A stretch of DNA of 64,000 bases. Source: an uncultured Chitinophagales bacterium. GTDB taxonomy: Bacteria; Bacteroidota; Bacteroidia; Chitinophagales; JADIYW01. Of the stretch, positions 9,656 to 16,807 are shown piece after piece. The notes beneath the pieces are model-generated. The model was not told the origin of the DNA. It made no database searches and saw only the letters and a program-made list of their open reading frames with translations. The stretch's first letter is position 1, and each line of letters begins with the position of its first letter. The position numbers and the translations under genes are program-made. The DNA is taken from assembly GCA_964472755.1 (NCBI GenBank), contig CAYYMF010000005.1, forward strand, positions 3,386-67,385, given 5' to 3'.

Positions 9656-11011
9656 ATGACTACAAATAATTTTACAACAATCCCAATTGTCAATATTTCA
9701 ATATTTGAATTACTTAAAAATTCAGCAAATATAAAATTAGATTTTTTCAAGGATATGCATACCAAATATGGGAACACTTTTCAATTAAATATTTTAGACA
9801 GAAGGGCTGTACTTTCAACTGAACCTGAAGTCGCAAAATATATTTTGGTGGACAATAATAAAAATTATACAAAAAGTTTTGCTTATGACATTATAAAAAT
9901 TTTCTTAGGCGAGGGATTATTGACCGCAGAAGGTGAATATTGGAAAAGACAAAGACGATTGGCACAACCAGCATTTCATAAGCAAAAATTAGATTTGATG
10001 TTTTCTAATATGCTCACAGAAACAGAAAAATCAATCTCTAAAATTAATAGATATGCAGATACTGAATTGCTCTTTGATTTTAATAAAGTTCTCTATGAGC
10101 TGACGCTAAATATAGTCAATAAAACATTGTTTTATAATGAAGTTGGAAATACAACTGATGCTGTCTATGATTTAGTTTCGCAAGCTAGCGAATTTATTAC
10201 GGATAGAATTAACCAACCAATTCGAATGCCAGATTGGATACCAAGTCCACAAAATTTAAGAGAAAAAAAAGTATTAAAATCAATGGATAAGGTATTTTAT
10301 GGCATAATAAAAAAGAGACGTAACACTACATCATCACACGAAGATTTATTATCTATGTTAATGGATGCAATTGATGAAGATACTGGAGCAGGTATGACTG
10401 ACAAACAATTAAGAGATGAAATTTTAACGATTTTTGTTGCAGGACACGAAACTACGCACAATGCTTTAGCTTGGATTTTTTATCTTTTAGATAAAAATTC
10501 TGATAAATTAGAAATATTATTAAATGAAATTGATGAACATATTACTGATGATAATATTGATGCCTTAATTTTTAGAAAAATGCCTTATTTAAAAATGGTA
10601 ATTGAGGAAGGTATGCGTATCTTCCCACCAGCTTGGATACTTGGAAGAAAAGCCATAGAAGATGATAATATTAATGGTTATGAAATCAAGAAAGGCACCA
10701 ATGTCTTATTGCCAATTTACTTAATACATCACGACAAAAATATTTGGAAAAATCCTGAAAAGTTTATACCTGAACGTTTTGAATCCGAGCAAATCAAGAG
10801 TAGACATAAATATGCTTATTTTCCTTTCGGTGGCGGACCAAGATTGTGTATTGGAAATAATTTTGCTATCCAAGAAATGCAAGTTGCTTTGTGTTTAATC
10901 TTAAAGCGTTTCCACGTTTCAATAGACAAAAATTTTCAACCAGAAATGGATCCGTTGGTTACTTTACGTCAAAAACAAATCATGTTTGCTAAAGTAAGTT
11001 TAAGAAAATAA
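9656..11011 (+). CDS. Cytochrome P450
   Basis: 451 aa with the heme-thiolate loop FPFGGGPRLCIGNNFA, the I-helix AGHETT and an ExxR motif. Confidence 0.9.
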   Translation: MTTNNFTTIPIVNISIFELLKNSANIKLDFFKDMHTKYGNTFQLNILDRRAVLSTEPEVAKYILVDNNKNYTKSFAYDIIKIFLGEGLLTAEGEYWKRQRRLAQPAFHKQKLDLMFSNMLTETEKSISKINRYADTELLFDFNKVLYELTLNIVNKTLFYNEVGNTTDAVYDLVSQASEFITDRINQPIRMPDWIPSPQNLREKKVLKSMDKVFYGIIKKRRNTTSSHEDLLSMLMDAIDEDTGAGMTDKQLRDEILTIFVAGHETTHNALAWIFYLLDKNSDKLEILLNEIDEHITDDNIDALIFRKMPYLKMVIEEGMRIFPPAWILGRKAIEDDNINGYEIKKGTNVLLPIYLIHHDKNIWKNPEKFIPERFESEQIKSRHKYAYFPFGGGPRLCIGNNFAIQEMQVALCLILKRFHVSIDKNFQPEMDPLVTLRQKQIMFAKVSLRK

Positions 11012-11014
11012 AAT

Positions 11015-11386
11015 TTATTTTTTCTTACTTAAACCATATAAGAAAAAGTACCCAACAATATAAAATATACTACTTAAAGCAAAGGCAATCATGATTTCTG
11101 GAGTTGTTTTTTCTTTAAAAACGACAAAGTAACCAACAACCGCAACAATAGTTAGCATAAATTTTATAGCAATTGCCCCTAGTGTATAGCCCATTTTTTT
11201 TTGTATCGTTTGCCTTTCCGCTAAATATATTATCGACCAAAATAAAAAAGCAATAAAAAAAGTTACTAAATCAAAATACAGCCATGTTTTTTGTAAAGTC
11301 GGTTGAATAAATGCAGGAATCAATCCAATCAACAACAATATTACTAAAGTTACCAACCATTTTTTCAAAAGTTGTTTTTGCATCAT
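11015..11386 (-). CDS. Small 4-TM membrane protein
   Basis: 123 aa with four hydrophobic segments. It is the last gene of the dLytM-bactofilin-AtpZ string. Confidence 0.5.
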   Translation of the reverse strand: MMQKQLLKKWLVTLVILLLIGLIPAFIQPTLQKTWLYFDLVTFFIAFLFWSIIYLAERQTIQKKMGYTLGAIAIKFMLTIVAVVGYFVVFKEKTTPEIMIAFALSSIFYIVGYFFLYGLSKKK

Positions 11387-11392
11387 TAATTA

Positions 11393-11617
11393 TTATAATT
11401 TTTTAAGTTGCTTAAAAATAAAATAGAATCCAACAGCCAATCCAAATAAACACATAACAACTGTAGCAAATGGTAATTTAAGTGCAATTCTTTTGTCAAT
11501 CTGAATTCCTATAACTGTAAAAATACCTATGGTAATTAAAAGTTCAAAAGCCATTCCACTAAATGCGAGTAATTGCTGTCGGAGTCCTTTGTTCTTATCC
11601 GATTTTTTCAGTTGCAT
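11393..11617 (-). CDS. AtpZ/AtpI-family small membrane protein
   Basis: 74 aa with two TM segments. The pattern LLAFSGMAFELLITIGIFTVIGIQIDKR...PFATVVMCLFGLAVG resembles the ATPase_gene1/AtpZ family. Confidence 0.55.
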   Translation of the reverse strand: MQLKKSDKNKGLRQQLLAFSGMAFELLITIGIFTVIGIQIDKRIALKLPFATVVMCLFGLAVGFYFIFKQLKKL

Positions 11618-11993
11618 CTTTACTAATTGCTGTATTATTCTTTTTATTATGCAATAAAGAACCTAAAATATCTGCTCCATTTTCAACAATTAGCGTATTA
11701 TATTTTATATTTCCTTCAAAAACTGCTGTAGATTTAAAATGAAGATTTTCCTCTGCAATAATATCTCCAATTACTGTTCCTTCTACCGTCAAATCTGAAC
11801 ACTTGATATTACCTTCTACTCTTGAAGTTCTACCAATAACGACTTTAGAAGTACAAACTATATTTCCTTTAACATTGCCATCAATTCGCATATCACTATT
11901 TGCCTGAATATCTCCATTGATATTAGTATTGTCATTAATATGATTAGCTACTAAACTAGAAGCATTATTATTAGAATTTTTTGAATTAAACAT
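11595..11993 (-). CDS. Bactofilin (polymer-forming cytoskeletal protein, CcmA-like)
   Basis: 132 aa. It shows the repetitive beta-helix pattern GN(I/V)xxxxxVxIxxxxxVEGNI typical of bactofilins. Confidence 0.8.
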   Translation of the reverse strand: MFNSKNSNNNASSLVANHINDNTNINGDIQANSDMRIDGNVKGNIVCTSKVVIGRTSRVEGNIKCSDLTVEGTVIGDIIAEENLHFKSTAVFEGNIKYNTLIVENGADILGSLLHNKKNNTAISKDATEKIG

Positions 11994-11996
11994 AAT

Positions 11997-12860
11997 TTAC
12001 TTTTTATAATATTTTTCTACATTTATAGGAATTCCTTTGTACCACAATTCATACTCTAAATTATTTTGAGCATCAGCAGTTCCAATTTCCTCGCCACTTT
12101 CTACAAAATTAGTACTTTTTTTGCTTACTTGTTTAATATTTCTATACTTAGAAACTAAATCACCTTGGTGTTGTATAATTACAGTAAAATCTCTATTCTG
12201 CTGTTCATCGATTGATAAAATATAACCATCTATCGTTGCAATAATTGATTGAGCATTAGGTGTTTTATAAATCGTTGTAAAAGCATTTTTACTGTTCTTA
12301 TATTTTGATACTATCGAAGCATTTACAGGCGGAACGGCTTTTAAAGCCGCTAATGTATTACTCGTTTTTTTGTATTGTAAATTATCATACAACTCAGCAT
12401 TTGTCAATCCTTTTTCAATATCTTTAATTAGTTTATGCTCATCAGGTGAAATTTGAACCAGCACATCTGGATCGACAATTACTGGACTAATATTTTCATC
12501 TAATGACTTGACTTCTATCTTATCCGTTAAAATATTTTTTAGATTTTTATTGTACTTTTCATTAGCCTCAATTTTATCTTCAACTGCTTCTGTTTTTAGT
12601 TTCAAGTCTATAATTTCTTTTCGACTATCCACAGTTCCATAGCCTGGAATATATTGCTTTAAAGGAGTATAAGCAATAAAAAGGAAATTCAACAAAGTCA
12701 ATATTGCGATTAAAATTCCAGAAACAGTAATAACATTCAATCTATTGAGTTCAAGAACAAACTTTACATCATAAGTTTTCTCTTCTACAACTTGAAAGCG
12801 ATAGACATTTTTTAGTTTTTGCCACCATTGTTTCCATCTATTATCTTTTACTTCGCTCAT
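11997..12860 (-). CDS. Membrane-anchored degenerate LytM (M23-like) domain protein
   Basis: 287 aa with an N-terminal TM segment and a coiled coil. The C-terminal M23-like fold has no metal ligands at the expected positions (HxxxD -> AFTTIYKT; HLHFE -> LEYELW). Confidence 0.6.
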   Translation of the reverse strand: MSEVKDNRWKQWWQKLKNVYRFQVVEEKTYDVKFVLELNRLNVITVSGILIAILTLLNFLFIAYTPLKQYIPGYGTVDSRKEIIDLKLKTEAVEDKIEANEKYNKNLKNILTDKIEVKSLDENISPVIVDPDVLVQISPDEHKLIKDIEKGLTNAELYDNLQYKKTSNTLAALKAVPPVNASIVSKYKNSKNAFTTIYKTPNAQSIIATIDGYILSIDEQQNRDFTVIIQHQGDLVSKYRNIKQVSKKSTNFVESGEEIGTADAQNNLEYELWYKGIPINVEKYYKK

Positions 12861-12982
12861 TCAAGACATTTCAATGTATAAAAATACCAAATAATGTTTA
12901 ATTAGAAAACGGAAAATAGAAATCTATGCAATAAGCCTTTGAATAATTTTAGATTATCTGTACATTGCATAAAAGTTTCAAT

Positions 12983-13966
12983 ATGTTTAAAAAGGGATTT
13001 TTATTGTTCTTATTTCCATTATGTATTATTTCGTGCAAGTCTGTTTCAAAAGAGGGAAATACCATAGAAACAATAGAAAAGAATATAGAAAAGCCATTAT
13101 TTTCTGCAGATTCTACTTATCGATTTATAGAAGAACAAATTGCATTTGGTCCAAGGATTCCAAATACACCAGCACAAAAAAAATGTGCCGATTACTTATC
13201 CAATAAATTAAAACAATATGGAGCAGAAGTGATTATTCAAACTACAAAATTACCTATCTATAATGGACAAATAGTACCGTGTTATAATATCATTGGAAGC
13301 TTTAATCCGAATATAAAAAGAAGATTGTTACTTTGTGCACATTGGGATACTAGACCATTTTCAGATAGAGCAGATAAAAACCAAAACACTCCAAACCTCG
13401 GTGTTGATGATGGTGCCAGTGGTGTTGCTGTACTCATAGAAATTGCGAGACAGATACAAATTAAACAACCCAATTTGGGTATTGATATCATATTCTTTGA
13501 TTTAGAAGATTATGGACCACCTGCTTCAGAAGAAACTAAATATACTGGCGGAGATTTCTATGCGTTAGGTACGCAATATTGGTGTAAAAATCCACATATA
13601 CCAAATTACAGTGCAAGTAATGGAATTTTATTGGATATGGTTGGAGCAAAAAATGCTACATTTACTTATGAAGGTGTTTCTATGCAATATGCTCCTGATT
13701 TTATGAAACAAATTTGGAACAATGCCGCAAGTTTAGGATACGGAAAATACTTTGTAAAAAGAATAAGCAATCCAATTATTGATGACCATTATTACATCAA
13801 TACATTAACCACAACACCCACTATCGATATTATTTTCAGAACTTTTGAGACAGAAAGCGGATTTGCAAAACATTGGCATACACACGATGATACAATTGAT
13901 AATATAGATAAGAATACACTTCAAGCAGTGGGAGAAACGGTTTTAGCAACTATTTATAATTATTAA
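12983..13966 (+). CDS. M28-family peptidase / glutaminyl-peptide cyclotransferase-like lipoprotein
   Basis: Motifs LLCAHWDTRPF and GVDDGASGVAVLIEIAR. The ORF-track start at 12965 is a TTG. The ATG at 12983 gives a lipoprotein signal (MFKKGFLLFLFPLCIISC). Confidence 0.8.
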   Translation: MFKKGFLLFLFPLCIISCKSVSKEGNTIETIEKNIEKPLFSADSTYRFIEEQIAFGPRIPNTPAQKKCADYLSNKLKQYGAEVIIQTTKLPIYNGQIVPCYNIIGSFNPNIKRRLLLCAHWDTRPFSDRADKNQNTPNLGVDDGASGVAVLIEIARQIQIKQPNLGIDIIFFDLEDYGPPASEETKYTGGDFYALGTQYWCKNPHIPNYSASNGILLDMVGAKNATFTYEGVSMQYAPDFMKQIWNNAASLGYGKYFVKRISNPIIDDHYYINTLTTTPTIDIIFRTFETESGFAKHWHTHDDTIDNIDKNTLQAVGETVLATIYNY

Positions 13967-14107
13967 TCTTTTATAGATTTTTATAAGTTAATTTTGATGT
14001 TTACTCTACAAACTAATGAGATTACAAATACAAATAATAAAAATTTTATTAGTTTTTATAAATTTTATATTTAACTTTAATGATAAAATCTATTCATCAT
14101 GAGAAAT

Positions 14108-14738
14108 ATGAAAAAATCATCGTCTTCACATTAGTAATTTGTAGTTTAAGTGTCGTTTTTATGCTTGTAAAAAAGACAAAAATAAGACTGCAAAACCTGA
14201 AACAATAGATGTTTATGTCGCTGGATACGAATCTAACGGAAGCATAAATGTTGCTAAAATTTGGAAGAATGGTCTAGCTCAAAATCTAACAGATGGTACA
14301 CAAGATGCTATTGCTAATTCTATTTTTGTTCATAACAATGATGTATATGTTGCAGGATATGAAATTAGCAGAGGTATACGTATTGCTAAAGTATGGAAAA
14401 ATGGCATAGCTCAAAATCTCACAAATGGTTCTCGAGATGCTCGTGCTAAATTCGTTTTTGTTCAGAATGATGATGTTTATGTTACAGGGTATGAATCCAA
14501 CGGAACTAAAGATATTGCAAAAATATGGAAGAATGGTATAGCTCAAAACCTATCAGATGGTACACAAAATGCTTCTGCTAATTCTGTTTTTGTTCAGAAC
14601 AATAATGTTTATGTCGCAGGAATTGAATCTAACGGAAGTAAAAATATTGCTAAACTTTGGAAGAATGGCATAGCCCAAAATTTAACAGAAGGCACAAAAG
14701 ATGCTCTTACACAATCTGTTTTTGTATATAAACACTAA
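14108..14738 (+). pseudogene. Tandem-repeat lipoprotein gene interrupted by two -1 frameshifts in homopolymers (A6 at 14111-14116, T5 at 14156-14160)
   Basis: The frame is open from 14145 to the TAA at 14736-14738 with no ATG/GTG/TTG. Adding one A and one T restores MKKIIVFTLVICSLSVVFYACKKDKNKTAKPETIDVYVAGYESNG... (about 210 aa). Confidence 0.75.
14208..14735 (+). repeat. 4 x 132-bp (44-aa) in-frame tandem repeat
   Basis: Units start at 14208, 14340, 14472 and 14604. The consensus is (D/N)VYVAGYESNGxxxIAKIWKNGIAQNLTDGTxxAxANSVFVQNN. Confidence 0.9.
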
Positions 14739-14870
14739 TACAACTCAATGGCAATTGTATTTTAAGTATAAAAAGCTATCTAAATTCAATTGTTTAAAAT
14801 CATAATAACTACAAAATTTACTTTAAAGTTTCCTACTATTAAGTTTAAAATTTGTATTTTCATTGATTGA

Positions 14871-16721
14871 ATGAGGAAATTTAAACTCTCGCTATTAATA
14901 ATTATATTGGCACTCGTTTCATTGAATTATGAAACCTATCATACTCATTTCATTCAACAAACTAAAGGCTATTTAAGCGCATCTTCTAAAGATTTACAAG
15001 TAAGTCTTGATAAAATTATTACTGAAATAAATCTGCAAGACAGTATTATAGAAGACAAAAAAACTATCATTGAGCTTTTTAAACAATCTAGATTTCATTT
15101 TAAGAAAATAGAATTCATTGCGGATTATAATGCAGAAGATATTTTTAAAATTCCACTTGTATTAGATAAAAAACGAAATTATATTATCGAAGCTTTTGCT
15201 TTTCACGTGTTGATTGACATTGAAGCTAAGCTTGCTGAAGATAAAATAGAAAAACAAGCTTTAAAAAATTTAATCAAGGAATTTCAATATAGAAACTTAA
15301 AATTTTATGAGATGGTACAATCTGAACTAATTTCAGAATCTACCATTTTGGAAGCCTTAAAATATAACATTATAAAAATAGAAACCTTAAATATTACTGA
15401 TTTTGATTGCGAAACCACTCGTAATTCTATTAAAGATATTCAAGCAAATTTTCAATCTATTGATACCTGTTTGACTTTATTAGCTCCACAATCTCAATCA
15501 ACTGTACAAGAGAAAATTAATCAAACACGTTTACTAATTAAATCCGCTAATAGTTATCTGGAACAAAAGAATTTTGAAAACTTAGAACGTTTATATTTTA
15601 CAAAAAAATATCTTCATCCACTAAATGCATTATTTTCACAAATTTTAAAAGAAAGTAAGATTCCGCTCAATGAAACAATATACAATATCATTCGTGCAGT
15701 TAACTTATATACTGAAAACATTTACAATAAGGATTTTCTTAATACATCATTTTATAGTGTCAATAAATATAAAATTCCTAGTCAAGCAGAGATTGAATTA
15801 GGTAAACATCTATTCTTTGATAAAAGATTGTCTGGCGACGGACAAATGAGTTGTGCCACTTGCCATCAACCTGAACTTTCTTTCACAGATGGACTTCCCA
15901 CTTCGATAACCAATAAAGTAGGGATTTTCCAAGATAGAAATACACCAACCATTTTGAATAGTGTATTTCAACGCAATCTATTTTATGATTTAAGAGCTAA
16001 AAATTTAGAACATCAAGCCAGTCAGGTAGTAGAGAATCATCAAGAATTTAATGCTAATTATGATAGCATAGTTTTTCGTTTAAAGAACGACAAATATTAT
16101 AATGAAACATTTAAACAATTATATCCTTCATCTGAAAATTATATCAACGCAGCCACTATCAATGCTGCCATTGCAGCTTTTGAACACCAACTAACGGCAC
16201 TCGATTCTAAGTTTGATAAATATATGCGCAATGAATTGCCATTAATTGATAAAGAAATTGAAAAGGGTTACAATTTATTTATGGGCAAAGCAAAATGCGG
16301 TACTTGTCATTTTGCACCTACTTTCTACGGAACAGTGCCTCCATTTTATTCAGAATCAGAATCAGAAGTTTTGGGTGTTCCAATTATTTGGGATACTTTA
16401 AATTATGTTCAAAGTCCTGATATCGGTCGATACAAGTTACTAAAGTTTGATTTTTTTAAAAATTCCTTCAAAACTTCAACGATAAGAAATGCTGAATTTA
16501 CAGCACCGTATATGCACAACGGAAGTTTTAAAACCCTTGAAGCTATTTTAGATTTTTACAATCGTGGTGGTGGTACAGCTTTTACTACTATCCCAAACCA
16601 AACCTTATCTGACCAAATTTTAGGATTAAATAAACAAGAAAAACAGGCTATAATTGCATTTATTAAAAGTCTAAGTGATAGTAGTTTAAATTCTATAAAA
16701 GCACCTAAACATTTAGAATAA
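14871..16721 (+). CDS. Di-heme cytochrome c peroxidase (CCP/MauG family) with a long N-terminal extension
   Basis: 616 aa with two CxxCH motifs (CATCHQP, CGTCHFAP). The first is at about residue 328. Confidence 0.8.
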   Translation: MRKFKLSLLIIILALVSLNYETYHTHFIQQTKGYLSASSKDLQVSLDKIITEINLQDSIIEDKKTIIELFKQSRFHFKKIEFIADYNAEDIFKIPLVLDKKRNYIIEAFAFHVLIDIEAKLAEDKIEKQALKNLIKEFQYRNLKFYEMVQSELISESTILEALKYNIIKIETLNITDFDCETTRNSIKDIQANFQSIDTCLTLLAPQSQSTVQEKINQTRLLIKSANSYLEQKNFENLERLYFTKKYLHPLNALFSQILKESKIPLNETIYNIIRAVNLYTENIYNKDFLNTSFYSVNKYKIPSQAEIELGKHLFFDKRLSGDGQMSCATCHQPELSFTDGLPTSITNKVGIFQDRNTPTILNSVFQRNLFYDLRAKNLEHQASQVVENHQEFNANYDSIVFRLKNDKYYNETFKQLYPSSENYINAATINAAIAAFEHQLTALDSKFDKYMRNELPLIDKEIEKGYNLFMGKAKCGTCHFAPTFYGTVPPFYSESESEVLGVPIIWDTLNYVQSPDIGRYKLLKFDFFKNSFKTSTIRNAEFTAPYMHNGSFKTLEAILDFYNRGGGTAFTTIPNQTLSDQILGLNKQEKQAIIAFIKSLSDSSLNSIKAPKHLE

Positions 16722-16792
16722 TTTTATAAAAATATCCCTACTATTTTTGAAAAGATAAAATACTGTCGCAAGTAGTATAATATAAAAATTTG

Positions 16793-16800
16793 TATTTTTG
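16793..16800 (+). promoter_or_regulatory. Candidate -7 box TATTTTTG for mutS2
   Basis: Matches TAnnTTTG. It lies inside the ORF-track TTG start (16790) and 7 nt before the ATG at 16808, so it favours 16808 as the start. Confidence 0.45.
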
Positions 16801-16807
16801 TATTGCT

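Noticed and set aside
9656-11011. The P450 (with the acylase, ABM protein and TauD-like dioxygenase elsewhere) as a sign of a secondary-metabolite gene cluster
   Set aside because: These genes are scattered over 50 kb among housekeeping genes. No PKS, NRPS, terpene synthase, RiPP precursor or dedicated transporter/regulator set is adjacent.
14286-14546. An 86-aa minus-strand ORF in the track, which itself looks repetitive
   Set aside because: It is antisense to the 4 x 132-bp plus-strand repeat gene. Its internal repetition just mirrors that repeat. The plus-strand frame gives a coherent lipoprotein with conserved modules.
14208-14735. A regularly spaced repeat as a possible CRISPR array
   Set aside because: The units are 132 bp, contiguous with no spacers, in frame and protein-coding. 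No cas genes or short palindromic repeats occur anywhere in the window.
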